A DNA stretch of 63,766 nucleotides, the filler included, from Chiloscyllium plagiosum (taxonomy: Eukaryota): the NCBI RefSeq assembly GCF_004010195.1. It is 6 parts of one record of this genome, joined end to end, with 100 filler letters (N's around TTAATTAATTAA, not from the genome) between each part and the next. Parts side by side here need not be neighbours in the genome. Positions count along the whole stretch, not along the records: positions 1 to 13,499 come from NC_057717.1; 5 more parts are not named here. The stretch is one strand, 5' to 3'. The translations under genes and the position numbers were made by a program. The notes beneath the pieces are model-generated. The model saw only the letters and a list, made by a program, of their open reading frames with translations, was not told where the DNA came from and did no database searches. The first letter of the stretch is position 1; each line of letters opens with the position of its first letter. Of the stretch, positions 1 to 12,888 are shown in pieces.

Positions 1-299
1 ATATAAGGGATAGTAGCAATATTGATCATAAATTTGCTGCGTGAAAGGTTACTGATGAAGCGTGCCTGCCTGAAACTTCGATTTTCATGCTCCTCGGATG
101 CTGCGTGACCTGCTGTGCTTTTTGAGAACCACTCCAATGCTGACTCTGATCTCCAGCATGTGCAAACCTCACTTTCGCGTGCGGGAAAGGGAACAGAGTT
201 ATCATTAACAATTGTGTTTTGAATTGGAAGAATGTTTCAAGCAAATTTTGAGCGTTGGGGTGTGGACGTTCTGGGTAGATTAGTTTAACACAACAACAT

Positions 300-522
300 T
301 CTCTGATTTATCAGAGCCCCCAGCGCGCCCATGGGTATCTCTGATTGGTTGGAGGACCAGTGTCTCCAGTTTGGTCCTATAGGTCCGCCTGTTCGCTGTT
401 GGACATTATATGTCATCAGTTGGGATGGGCCCTGCAGCATGCAGAGGGTTAATAGGAACTGTGCGCATGGTTGCGGCGAGCGATCATTGGAACGAAATGT
501 TGTTGTCTCCAATCGACATTCG
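300..522 (+). promoter_or_regulatory. Candidate CpG-rich promoter and first exon (CCAAT boxes; splice donor at 523)
   Basis: Locally CpG-rich non-repeat DNA; ATTGG at 344-348 and 486-490, CCAAT at 509-513; strong donor TCG|GTGAGT at 522/523. Transcription start not identifiable. Confidence 0.45.
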
Positions 523-1140
523 GTGAGTGAGGGCTAAAGGGGAGCGAAGCGCCAGGTGCTATAGCCCCAGTTAGAGGTTTCATGTTTGGTCATTATGTGA
601 TTCTAGACCCAAACGTAGTGTATCTGGGGTCGCGAATTAAGCCACAGAGAGCCTGAGTCTTCTTCCCAGAAACAGGCCCCAGTCAGCGATCGCTATGCCT
701 GTTTCAGTTTTATTTTGTTTTTTTTTTTATTTATCAGGCCACTGTTGGTTTATCTATCTTTAGTGTAAATAGAGCTGAAAATAAATTATACTGTTTGAAA
801 TCATTGCGGTGGTCCATGAGGATGTGGTGTTGTGGGAGACGCTTGGGTGTGTATTAGTGACTGGGATTGATGGGAAAGTGTACCCCATGAACACCTCTGT
901 CACTTACCTTACTGTAAATTTGTCAGAGACGGAAAGAATAGAGCAGCAAGTGGAGGGACAGGACTCCTGAGCACCATAGCGGGTCGCGGGAGTTCGTTGC
1001 CAATCGCTCAACAAAAACCCGACCCATTGTTTTTCTCACGGCTCCCCTTCCCCACCCTTTCCTACCACTCCCTCCACCAAGTATCAGCAACATTTTAAAG
1101 ACGTTTACTTATTTCATACATACTATGTCGCTTTTGTCAG

Positions 1141-1272
1141 AACATTCAGTAATTTGAGAACTGGAATGAAATTGAGATACAGAACAATCAGTGTACGAAC
1201 CTCAACAATTACTTTGCACCTCCTCGAACTGCTGAAGTTCGTATGCTAAAATTACGCCCCGATTGCTGTTTG
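1141..1272 (+). other. Candidate exon 2 (probably 5' UTR/non-coding)
   Basis: Acceptor CGCTTTTGTCAG| ending 1140 and consensus donor TTG|GTAAGT at 1273; only short uORFs inside. Confidence 0.5.
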
Positions 1273-1369
1273 GTAAGTATTTACAGGATTATTTTTAAAA
1301 ATCTAGATAATGTGTTACTGATATTTGTGTCAGTTAAAAACAATTGTTTTTTATATCCCCCCTTTAACA

Positions 1370-3130
1370 GAATGGACGGATGAAAAATTAGAACAGGACT
1401 GGCTTGTTGTGATGTTTGATCCTTCTCCCTAATTCAGTCTGATCTTGGCTGATCATTCCGCGTTGTAACCTGCAAATTCTTTAGGCCTACACCTTTTGAT
1501 CCCTCTTGCCCTCAAAACTATAGATATCTTCATCTTGTCAACATTCCACATTCTGGCTTTAATTACTTTCTGTGGCAGCAAATTTCGCTGAGTAACCAGT
1601 ATTTGATTAAAAAAAAACCCTCATCTCAGTCTTAAATGGACTACCCCATATTATTAGGAGTGAAGCCACCTCCCCACCCTCTATGGTTTGGACGCCCTGG
1701 TCATTGAACGCATCCTTCCTGCATTTACCTTATTCGTACCATTTAGAATTGTATTCTTTTCTGTGACATCCTACTTCATCATTCTAAACTTGAGTGATTT
1801 TCATCCTAACGAATCCTCACACGTCAGTCCTGCCACCCCATGAATCAGTCTGGTAAACCGTTGTTGTGCATTCTCCGTATGGAGAATATTCTTTCTCAGA
1901 TAAGTGCACACAGCACTCTAGGATGTGGTGTCAACAAGACCCTGCACAATTTCAGCAAGTCTTCAATGCTCCTTTGTTCAAATCCTCTCGGGACAAAGGC
2001 GAACACACCGTTTGCCTTCCTCACCTGCTGCTGCGCCTGCATGCTTATGTTCAGGGATGTGTGTACACGAAGACGCGATCTCCTTTCCTTGTTTACTTTC
2101 GTAAATTTAAGCTGGTTCTGTCCAATCCAGTTACTGTTTTCTAGTGTTAGGCTAACTTTTCTGTCATTCCATGTTTTCTCGCTACTTCCTCTTTTAAATA
2201 TTGGGGTCACATTAACTGACCTCCAATCCATAGATATCGTTTCAGATTCGATTGAATATTGAAATATGACAATTAATTTACTCTAGTTAGACTCCGCACT
2301 CTAGTTACAAAAAGCATTCACTGCATTTAGGTTGGCTTTAAGTTCACTGGTGTTTGATTCGCAGTTGGTGGAATTTATTGTCTTTTAATCTTATCAATTT
2401 CCACAAACCAACTCCCTGATAATACTGATTTCCTCCAGTTCCTCCCTCTCCTTTTCTTCCCAGCATTTTAGGAATATTACTTGCGTCATCATTTGTGTGG
2501 ACATAATAAATATACATATTTATTTCCTATGCTATATATTTATCCCACATTATAACATCCTCTGTTTCTCATTGTAAAGGATTTGTTTTCAATAATCGTA
2601 TTTTTCTCCCTTCAAGTACCTTCAGGAGCTTTAACAATTCATTATATGCTTCTCTCAAGCTGACTGTTAAACGAAATTTTCACTCTGCATTAATTCTTCT
2701 TCATCTTGTGCTGATATCTGAACGGCACCCAGTCTTCATGTCTGCTGATATTTTCAGCCGATTTGTAAGCCTCCTCCTTGAGTGCAGAACAATGCTCTAA
2801 TATCCCTTGTTAGCCATGACATGGCCATGTTTCCCGTTTTCTTTGTGTCAGACAGGAGTGAGAAGCAGTTGCAGTTCCTGCAAATGCTTTTTAATTGCTT
2901 GTCCTCCCTTTATAATCTGTTCCCCAATTCGTTGTACCCTGCTCACGCTTCATATCAGTGTCATTTCTTCTATTTAGATTTCAGTGTCATTTCTTCTATT
3001 TAGATTTCGGCTCATAATCTCAGTCAGCTCTATCTCTCTCCACCTTAATGAAGAGTTCTCTCACTGACTTCACTCTTCCATTAGGGACAGCATAGAGATA
3101 GATTGTCAATTATTCTTTGTCATATATACA
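1370..3130 (-). mobile_element. Degenerate CR1-type LINE (3' end and RT/ORF2 remnants)
   Basis: Minus-strand fragments such as 'DWRSVNVTPIFKRG' and 'QAQQQVRKANGVFAF...LCRVLLTPH' (ORF 1896-2231) match CR1 ORF2 motifs; boundaries approximate. Confidence 0.75.
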
Positions 3131-5686
3131 AATAAAGCTTTGAAATCAAAGTTGACATATTCTCAGGCCTGCTGTCTCATTAGAGACGGAGAGACATCGC
3201 ACGAGTTGACTGATGGTGCTTTAACTTGAGAGTCGTTGTGCCTTAGGCAAGGTGCAGGATTGAGAATGTGGGTACTTCATGAGGCCAGTACTAGAACTGT
3301 GCACACGCTGTTGCTGTCATTCTTCATCGTAATCTCGTCGACCAGCCAAATAAATTAATCCACCAATGGCCAGTAAGCAGCACGTAATCGAGGGTGTTCC
3401 GTCCTCCATTTGTGCCCTTAATGTAGCGACTCAAAAACCATCTCAGACATACACCAGGTACGTCTCCTCCATTGTACTGTTACTCATCTGACTTGCTCCG
3501 TCTATGGGCAGATTGAAGTCTCACGCAATAGCGAGAAGGCCACCAGATAAAGGAGCAGAATTAGGCCATTTAACCCATCGAGACCTCTCCATTATTTGGT
3601 CATGCTTGAAATGTTTCTCAACCTCATTCTTCTGCTTTTTTGCCATCTCCTGTAACTGTTGATACTCTCATCAATCAGGGGCCTATCTATGCCAATCTTG
3701 AATATTCGCAATGACTTGGCAAAGAGTTCCAAAGAATGACTACCCTCTTGCTGAAGAAACTCCTCCGCATCTCACTTAAAATGGTCATCCTTTCTCTCTG
3801 AGACTGTGCAGTCGGCTCCTGGTCTATCGTGCGAGTTGAAAAACATCTTAAACCTCTCCGTATTGTATAACTTTCAATCAGATCCTCCTCAAACCTCTAA
3901 ACTGCATCGAGTACAGCCCCCGAGTTTTCAACATTTTATGACAAGCATTTCTTCCCCCCCAGGATCATTCTTTTAAACCTTCTTCGGACCCTCTCCAATG
4001 TCAACACATCTTCTGGAGTATTGTATACAGTTCTGGTTTCCTCGTTATGAGAAGGATTTTATTAAATTGGTAAGGGTTCAGAAAGTATTTACCTGGATGA
4101 TGTCATAAATGGAAGTCTTCTGTTATTAAAATAGGCTGCGGTTTTTTTCACTGGAGCAGAGGACTTCAAAGGTGAGGGAGTTCGAATCAAGGGGCATATT
4201 TTTAAAGTACGAGAAGGAAGATTTATAAAGGACATGATGGGCAGCTTATGTTTTCCGCACTTTGGTCACTGTGTGCAATAAACCTCTGGAGGAAGTGATG
4301 GATGCAGGTACAGTTAAATTATTTAAAAGTCATTTGGATAAGTAACTGATTAGGAATATATTGGAGGTATATGGGCCAAATGCAGGCTGGCAGATCTATT
4401 TTAATTTGGCAATGTGTTCAGCATGGTATATATGGAGTGAATGGTCTGTTAAACTGCTGTATGACTCTGACTCTACCCTTCGATATCGGGCCTAACTTCT
4501 TGTAATATTCCAAATGCGGTTTGCCACAACTATATAAATCCCCAACTGGACATCTCTGTTCTTGAATTCGAGGCGCCTTGATATAAATTATAAAATTGAA
4601 TTTTCCTTCCTTAATTCTAACTGAACCTGCCTGATCTAGGGCTCCCAAATCACTTTGCGCTTCGGATTTCTAAAGGCTTTCATGAACAGAAATTAGTCGA
4701 AGCCTGCCTTCTTCCTCTCATATTGCATAACCTGACACATCCCCATATTGTATTCCATTTGCCAATTCTTTGACCACTCTCTGCATCTGCCCAGGTCCTT
4801 ATGACGTCTCCCAGGTTTCTTGACACGACCTGTCTCTCCAACTTGGTTTGTGTCAACTGCAAATGCAGCGACAACGCACTCTGCTCCTTTGTCCAGATGT
4901 TTAATGTATAACGTGAACAGTTATGCTCTCAACACCGATCGCTGTGCACGTCTTAGAAGGCAGTGGCTGCCATCCTGTAAAGGACCCTTCTGTTGTCACT
5001 CAGCCTATCAGCCAATCCCCTCCTTGTCGCTAACAGCACACTCTTATCTTATTTAGCAGTATGCTGTATGGCACCTTATCACAGGACTTATGAGTATTGA
5101 ATTAGATCACGTCCAATGGCTCTGCTTTGTCTTACTTGCTTTGTACTTCCTCAAAGAGATCTAGCATAGCTGTCAGACATGCCGTCCAATTGATGAAGAC
5201 ATGCAGACTTTGCTCTATTTTACCATCCATTTCCAAGTACTGTGCAACACTGTCGTTCGCGTGGCCGACAGTGGTCTGTGTCTGCCTCTCCCCTTTCTTT
5301 CAGCAGGGGTGTTGCATTAAAAAATGTCCAGTCATCTGGGACCCACTCTGACGCCAGTGACTCCTGACTGATCACCACCTTTGCCTCCACAATCTCCTCA
5401 GCAATCTCCTTCTGAAATCGGGTATGCAGTCCATCTGGTCTCAGTGATTTAATTCCTTCAGACCTTGCAGCTTCCCCAGCATCTTCGCGTTAGTGTTGGC
5501 ATTTCATTCACTTCTTCCCTACGCGCCTCTTAATTCACGTATTTTGTTGTTGTCTTCCACTGTGAAAACGGATGCAATGTACGTGCTCACCTGCACCATT
5601 TCGTTGTTCCCCATTACGTCTTCTCCAGTGCTCCAATTTGCACCCTTCTCTCTGTTATCTCTCCACCCTTCAGGCGCTCTGCCTGT

Positions 5687-5722
5687 ATTCCTGATGAAGG
5701 GGTTTTGCCCGAAACGTCGCAT
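5687..5722 (+). ncRNA. Minimal hammerhead ribozyme motif in Penelope-type terminal repeat
   Basis: CTGATGA(5691-5697)-A-GGG/GTTTTG/CCC-GAAA-CG-TC(5718); stem I weak. Confidence 0.5.
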
Positions 5723-5922
5723 TTTCCTGCTTCTTGGATGCTGCCTGAACTGCTGTCCTTTTCCAGCACCACACTACTCCAGAATCTGGTTTCCAGCATC
5801 TGCAGTCATTGTTTTTTCCCTTACTATTCTCTCTGTAAACTTTTAAATATGTGAACAAACTCTTGCAACATTCTTTATATTTCAATTCACTCACTTACGT
5901 ACTAAATCTTAATAACTCATCG

Positions 5923-6163
5923 TGCCATTTCAGCTGTTCTGTGCTCGTTATTAAAGTATTCCCAATGCTCTAGGTTTCACTAATCTACATCAGATGTTTT
6001 TTTTTTGGTTTTGTTTCTGTGCTCTCCCTGACTTCTCTTATCCTTGCCATTTCAGCTGTTCTGTGCTCGTTATTAAAGTCTTCCCAATGCTCTAGGTTTC
6101 ACTAATCTACATCAGATGTTTTTTTTTGGTTTTGTTTCTGTGCTCTCCCTGACTTCTCTTATC
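5923..6163. repeat. Tandem duplication, 2 x ~122 bp
   Basis: TGCCATTTCAGCTGTTCTGTGCTCG... starts at 5923 and again at 6045; near-identical. Confidence 0.9.
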
Positions 6164-6411
6164 AGTCATGTTTGCTTTATCCTCTCTTAAGCATGTTTAG
6201 GTGGCGTGAGCATTGGATCCGGTGTTATTAGGCGCTGACGGAGTGCCATTTGGACTTGGGATAACGTCTGCCAACTTTACTGTATAGCAGAGTACATGGA
6301 ACAAGACTTTGACCAGGACACAATGATTGTGGGTTTCTCTCCTGGACGGCTAAAAATGAGTGCATTTAGAGTGAGTTCAGAGGAGAGCATTAACACACAC
6401 CAAACCCAAAC

Positions 6412-6615
6412 CAAGGTATATTTGTTGAGAAAGTGAGGACTGCAGATGCTGGAGATCAGAGCTGAAAATGTGTTGCTGGAAACGCGCAGCAGGTCAGGCA
6501 GCATCCATGGAGCAGGAGAATCGACGTTTAGGGAATGAGCCCTTCTCCTGCTCATTGGATGCTGCCTGACCTGCTGCGCTTTTCCAGCAACACGTCTTCA
6601 GCAAGGTATATTTGT
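6412..6615. mobile_element. Fold-back mini-element built from Penelope terminal repeats, with 14-bp TSD
   Basis: Inverted arms (GCTGAAAATGTGTTGCTGGAAA...GGAGAA / TTCTCCTGCTC...CAGCAACACGTCTTCAGC); CAAGGTATATTTGT repeated at 6412-6425 and 6602-6615. Confidence 0.8.
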
Positions 6616-6962
6616 GTCTTCTGAATTTCTCAACTGGATTGACAGTGATGAATTTTATACATCCTTTTTTGTTATTTTACCATAGGTCTTGTCGACTGTA
6701 TCTTTATGAGTTTTCCACCAATTACCATCCCTGGAGCCTGTGACTGTCACAACTCAACTCCATTTTCCTTCTGCTTCTCAGATCATAAGGATCAAGAAAT
6801 TCTGCTTCATTTTTATTTCCTGATGTCTGTCTGCACACGCTAAAACATTCATATGACTTCTTTCCCTGCACATACAAACCGACCAGCTAATTTAATCCAG
6901 CATATCCTGTTTTTTTTAAAATATTTCAGCTGCTGCAGTATTTTGCTATTATTTTCTTGCAG

Positions 6963-7061
6963 GTGTTTCTCGCAACACTGAGTCTGAAAGTACAGATGCT
7001 CCAACGATTAGCTGCTTTCTCACTGAGTAGTGGATACAGAAACAGATCCAGGGACTAAAGT
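6963..7061 (+). other. Candidate exon 3 (probably 5' UTR/non-coding)
   Basis: Acceptor TATTATTTTCTTGCAG| ending 6962; donor AGT|GTGAGT at 7062. Confidence 0.5.
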
Positions 7062-7536
7062 GTGAGTATTTGTTTCTTTAATTTTAGTCACAATTACCGA
7101 ATGATTTGAACAGAATATAATTTGGCGCATCGTGCCCATGCTCGTTCCCTGAGCAGATTAGTTCACCCCACTTTCTAGCGCTTTCTTGAGCAAGACTGGC
7201 AGATATTGTCAATCTCCAATTGCCGATGTAGAAGTCGATGAATGATCTTCTTGAACTGCTGCAGTCCAGTAGTGCACGTAGTCTCAGATCATTGCAGGTG
7301 AGGAGTCACAGGTTAAACACCTGGAAATGATGAAGGAATTGCAAAGGATATCCAAATCAACAACATCAGATTATAATTCTATCCCGTCTTCCATCTATCA
7401 AACTGTACAAGATGATTCACAGGAATGTGAAAAGGCAACACTTGACACTGATCCACATAAAGAGTTGTTTAGGCACTTGACCGAGCATGTTTGAATGGGT
7501 TCTCTCTCAATTATATGCTTCAAATCAATTTTACAC

Positions 7537-7787
7537 GGTATTAGAAGGATTGATTTGCAATTAGCAAATTTGGATCAAAGATACAGCAGAGTCTGACGGA
7601 GTCATATAATTTATCCTAACCTGAATAATATGGAATTCTGAGCAGAAAGGTACAAACTTCGTTCAAAGTCAGGATAAACAGAGCACGTGTGAGTGGGCGA
7701 AGCTTCAGAAGATCATCTGGCCTGGCAAGACGCAAAGCGAATCAGCACAGTGAGAAACTTTACAAATGTCAGGATTGTCGAAAAGGA
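7537..7787 (+). pseudogene. Decayed, truncated C2H2 zinc-finger coding exon
   Basis: Frame 7689-7787 reads GRSFRRSSGLARRKANQHSEKLYKCQDCRKG, a degenerate finger plus (T)GEKPYKC-type linker plus CxxC of the next finger; cut at ~7786 by a Penelope repeat (GAGAAAGTGAGG). Putative acceptor reads TTTTACAC rather than TTTTACAG. Confidence 0.65.
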
Positions 7788-7929
7788 GAAAGTGAGGATT
7801 GCAAATGCTTGCAATCAGTGTCGAAGAATGTGGTACTGGAAAAACACAGCCCGTCAGTCAACATCAATTCATGAGCCCTTCATTAGGATATTAAATGTCC
7901 CAAAATATGAAACAAGGGGCAAAAAAAAA

Positions 7930-8750
7930 ACAGGAAAGAGGTCGTACTTCAAAAGTTAACTGGACTAAAGTTTGAGTCAATTAGACCAGACAGGCTTCAT
8001 CCCAAAATGTTGAAGAAAGAGGAAGACAATGAGAGAATGTTAATGCGTTGGGAGTCATCTTTCAAGTTATGTGATCTCTGCAAAGTCTCCTGTGGAGTGG
8101 AATTCACGTTGGAACTCCACTTTTTTGCGTGTTAGGAGGCGTTTTATCAGGTCCCGCACAACTTCACGAAATACAATTTGATTGTTGAAAACGTACCAGC
8201 ATTCATTAAGGATTGTTTACCAGCTATAAGGCATAGAGTAGGAATAAGCGCACTTTTCTCAGGATGGTTTTCTGTTACTGTACCACAAGGATCAGTGACA
8301 GCACTGCTGCCTCACAGTGCTAGAGACCGGGGTTCAATTTAAGCCTCACGCGATTGCCTACATGAAGTGTACACATTCTCAGTGCCTGCGTGGGATTCCT
8401 GCGGATGCTACTGTTTCTGCACACAGTACAAACATTCAGGGTTCAGGTGAATTGCCCATTATATCCAGGAATGTACAGGCTAGGTGGATTGGGCATGCGA
8501 CATGCAGCATTATATGAGGAGATTGGGGCCTCATTGCAGCGCCTGCATTGCAGGGATCCTATGGTCCAATGCTTGAAACAAATTGTTCCAACCATTATAC
8601 ATGACTTGGACATTTGGACCTCTTGTAACTTTTCCAAATTTGTTGATGACACCAACTGGATCGGAATGTACATTGTGAGGAGGATGGAGGGAGCCGTCAA
8701 GAGAAGTTTGACAGGCTCACGAATGGATCAGGACATGGCAGTTTATCCAT
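7930..8750 (+). mobile_element. Degenerate CR1 RT fragment with nested degenerate HE1-type SINE (~8290-8520)
   Basis: 'SKFVDDT' (FADD-like) in ORF 8390-8752; SINE head GCACTGCTGCCTCACAGTGCTAGAGACCGGGGTTCAA. Confidence 0.6.
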
Positions 8751-9399
8751 AGTACATGATAGCTCCACAAAGAACTTCAATAATCTGTTTAAATCTGACT
8801 ACACTTTCGTAAAGTATCTTGAATTTGCATCATACCCTTGATTTTCTTTCTCTAAATGCCTTGCTCAACAACTTTAATAAAAGAATATTGAGAAGCTTTC
8901 CTGTGACAGATGTTCAGCTAACTGCCTGTCATTTCCTTCTTGACTTCCTTCTGCTCTGACTAAATAAAACTCTATGATCTACATTGGTTCCCAGGATGCC
9001 TCTACACTGATTTTGCAATTCTCAGAGTTGCTGTCAAATCCATCCATGGTCTTACACCCCATTAATCTACCACTGCTTCCTGCCCAACATTCCTCTGTGC
9101 TCTTCCCACTTCTCTACTTCTGCTCTCCGTATTCGAACGTTCCCTACTCCCCCACTGCCAGATATGGATTTTACACTGAATGAAAGTGTCGGAAGCAGGG
9201 TTGTAGTTCACTAAACACTACCGGCTACTGCTCTTGGCGTTAACATGTAGTTCTACCACATCACCATGTCATGTAAAAAAAAGATCAATTCATTCTCTGG
9301 CCTAAAATGTAGATTCCTGCAAAATTCTTGACTACTTTCTGTGTGCTGGCCAGTACAGTATCTTTCTCTATCCCCTGTTTCATTTTGACTGTGACAAGG

Positions 9400-9633
9400 C
9401 ACATTTTACTGCTGAAAATGTGTTGCTGGAAAAGCGTAGCAGGTCAGTCAGCATCCAAGGAGCAGGAGAATTGACGTTTCGGGCATGAGCCCTTCTTCAG
9501 GAATGGCTCATGCCCGAAACGTCGATTATCCTGTTCCTTGGATGCTGCCTGACCTGCTGCGCTTTTCCAGCAACACATTTTCAGCTCTGATCTCCAGCAT
9601 CTGCAGTCCTCACTTTCTCCACATTTAACTGCT
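9400..9633. mobile_element. Fold-back mini-element built from Penelope terminal repeats, 14-bp TSD (1 mismatch), intact hammerhead core on minus arm (9473-9500)
   Basis: Arms 9411-9491 and 9505-9585 are reverse complements; flanks CACATTTTACTGCT (9400-9413) / CACATTTAACTGCT (9620-9633); minus strand CTGAAGA-A-GGGC-TCAT-GCCC-GAAA-CG-TC. Confidence 0.85.
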
Positions 9634-9726
9634 CACTCATTCACTTATAACTGTCCTTTATTTGACGTCTTTATTTCTAGTATTGTGTGTGGTGGGCCAG
9701 TGACAGCCAGATGTGGAATTCCAGAT

Positions 9727-10540
9727 TGTTATGAAGTTGAAAGTGTACACTGTACCATTAAAAGAGGTAGAATGTTGTTCTGCACTGAGAACGTATGAGA
9801 GCAGTGTCAGAGTTTACTGGAATATTGAAAATATATAACATTTGGCTGTGTAATAGGTACCTGAAATGGTTGCTATTTTGACGACAATTCAAATTTAACC
9901 AACGAGTTTCAATTACGTCTCACTAAACTAAAAGCCAATCGATTTCGAATTAATTATTCTACCAACATCGAACCAATTAGATAATCTGGTTTTTGGGGTA
10001 TAAGAAAGGCAGGAATTTTGAACGTCAGACAAAGTTACTATCATCCAGGGAGTACTATAGGAGAAAAAGACAAGCCAAAAACAAAAAGACAGATTGTGAA
10101 ATGAAGTGGAATGACGCTGGCATTTTGTGCAGCTAACACCAAATAAATGTTAGCATGAAAGCTGCTGGGTTGCGCTGTTGAATCTTATCATTACCTCGAT
10201 CACATATGCCCCACACGCTGACAATTGATAACTCGGCCGAATCTCAGTTCATCTGCTGCTAAAACTCTCACTTTTTCCCCTTTTGATATCATTGGAGGAG
10301 GCTTTAAATGAAAAGTCTGGCGATTTTGGTCGAATGACAAATTGTAGTTCTGAGGAATGATGCTTTAAAATGAACATCAAACGCGACTGTAAAAATTCAG
10401 CGAAGGAACAAAAAATGCAGTGACACTGCTGGAAGAGTGCCACAGAGCCCCGAAGAACCTCATGATACAGTGGAGCTAACACAGTTAATCTCTCAATAAT
10501 GATCAAATAAAAGGGTGGGAATAATGGGTTTTTCATTTAC
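9727..10540 (+). mobile_element. Possible degenerate LTR
   Basis: Starts TGTTATG; 5' end resembles the LTR at 13990 (TGTACACTGTACCATTAAAAGAG vs TGTACTGCACCTTTAAGAG); TATA-like and AATAAA motifs; 3' boundary and TSD not resolved. Confidence 0.3.
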
Positions 10541-11829
10541 AACTACACTGTAGTGTGTCATTGTAATGCGAAATGATTTTTGAAGTGATTTCAAGAGCAC
10601 TGTTTTGATCAGTCATGGCAAGACAAACAAGAGCAGCACAATAGGAGGAATGGCGTCGGGAGAGCATCTTGGTAGTAGAGATCACAAACCAGTCAGCTTA
10701 ATGTCAGAATGAAAGCCACCTCGCACAAGAATTAGTCTAGTATTTTTGACAAGGTGTGTGTTTATTTTACAATGGCAAACTGGTGAAAAGATAAACGTCT
10801 GTGGCATTAATGGAAACGTAGCAAGTGAGGTGCCATACTGGCTTAGTGGCAGCAAATCAAGACGAATTGTAAACAGGTAATCTCTGGTCCATGCCAGTAA
10901 AGGCTCCGACATAATGATTGATTTCACAACCACCGGGATTGAAATGGATCGACTGGTTTCAAGTTCCCGATGATGGGATGGGACACGTTTACCCATCAAG
11001 AGTGACAGCAGCAGCAAAGACAGAATGGTGCCGATGTGTGCATTAGGTTATGGAATGCCTCGGTGAAATGGCAGGAGCGATGTAAAGGAGGGTTAGTGAC
11101 CATGGAAGGGAGGGAAATCTCTGAAAGTGCCTGGGTTTGAATTCTGATTTATGAAACAGAGAAGTGTGATATTCTGCATAAGTAACCAGTGTTGCGGAAT
11201 ATCATATAATCTCATGTTCCCAGGGCTGAACTAAGCGAGACTGAGTGGCGCAGCAGCGAATATCAAACTGGAAATGGGCATGAGGATGAGCCCGCTGTGA
11301 CGGTTAAAAGTGCATGAAATGCCGGGGTTGGAACTCCACACTCACCTGTAGTACATTCTGCTGACATGGAGTAAGGAGCATTGTGATATCAGATTGGGAC
11401 CTCCGACTTATATGGAGCAGCTTCTGTTGGCATAAAGCAGGGGGAATTGTGGCAGCAGGCTCGACATTCCCACCTCACCTGGAGCAGATTGTATTGATAT
11501 GGAACAATGAGACATCAAGTTGGGAGAAAGGATACTCAGTTATTTTAATCTGAATTAAAGTAGTACTTCGCAGGACCCATGTTTGTAGATTGAGTGAATA
11601 TCTGTCCCAGGGAAATCGCGCAAAAATATGGAAAAATGTGGCAAAGATTCAGCTCGTGGAGGAGAATCTGTGCAAAAAGAAACGCAGGTAATATTTTCTT
11701 TTTCTGCCTTTTATCATAAGACTGACTGCGTATTTGGTTAAATTGCAGCAAGCGACTTTCAGCTCGTGTCATGTTATTAAATTTCCTGAAAACCCACGCA
11801 AGTCATTAAAGCAAACTAAACTTTCAAAA

Positions 11830-12888
11830 ATTAATGGTATATTACTAGATCAAAGGGAGATGACAGAGGGTGGAGCTGGACGGTTGTTTTTCAGACTGGA
11901 ATCCCGTGACCAGTTGGGTGCTACAAGGATCGGTGCTGGGTCCTCTACCTTTTGTCATTTAATTGGAGGTGTAGTGGACAGCGAAGAGAGTTACCACAGA
12001 TTAGAACAGGATCTTGACCAGTTCGACTAATTGGCTGAGAAGTGGCAGATGGAGTTTAATTCAGATAAATGTGAGGTGCTGCATTTTGGGAAAGCAAGCC
12101 ATAACAGGACTTCCACACTTAATGGTAATGTCCGAGGGAGTGTTGCTGAACAAAGAGACCTTGGAGTGCAGGGTCATAGAATTCTGATATTTGAAATTTT
12201 AATTAAAGGTGAAGTCGCAGGTAGGTAGGATACTGAAGAATGCGTTTGGTATGCTTTCCTTTATTGGTCAGAGTATTGCGTACATGAGTTGGGAGGTCAT
12301 GTTGCGGCTGTACAAGACATTGATTCGGCCACTGTAGGAATATTGCGTGCATATCTGGTCTCCTTCGTATCGGAAAGAAGTTACGAAATTTGAAAGGTTT
12401 CAGAAAAAAATTGAGGATTTTGCCATGGTTGGAGGATTTGTAATATAGGGAGAGGCTGAACAGACTGGGGCTGTTTCCCCTGGAGCGTCGGAGGCTGAGG
12501 CGTGACTTGTTAGAGGTTTTCAAAATTATGAGGGTCAAAGATATGGTAAATAGAAAAAGTCTTTTCCCTGCGGTCTGTGAGTCCAAAATTAGAGGGCATA
12601 GTTTTAGGGTGAAAGGGGAAAGATATACATGAGACCGACTGAGCAACGTTTTCACACAGAGAGTGATAAGTGTATGGAATGTGCTGCCAGAGGAAGTGGT
12701 GGAGGCTGGTACAATTGCAACATTTAAGAGGCATTTGGATGGATATACGAATAGAAATGGTTTGGAGGGATATGAAAGGGGTGATGGCAGGTGGGACTAG
12801 ATTGGGTTGGGATATCTGGTCAGCATGAACAAGTAGGACCAAAGGGTCTGTTTCCATGCCGTGCATCTCTCTGACTCTATGACTCTAT
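11830..12888 (+). mobile_element. CR1/HER1-type LINE 3' fragment
   Basis: 'AEKWQMEFNSDKCEVLHFGK' and 'EQRDLGV'; 3' UTR ending in (GACTCTAT)2 tail. Confidence 0.9.

Larger units (their letters stand above)
3545..6200 (-). mobile_element. Degenerate CR1-type LINE with a nested plus-strand CR1 3' fragment (~4015-4473) and a Penelope terminal repeat (~5640-5820)
   Basis: Minus-strand 'CGKPHLEY' and 'YIASVFTVED' motifs; nested element ends in a GACTCT tail at ~4462-4473. Confidence 0.7.
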
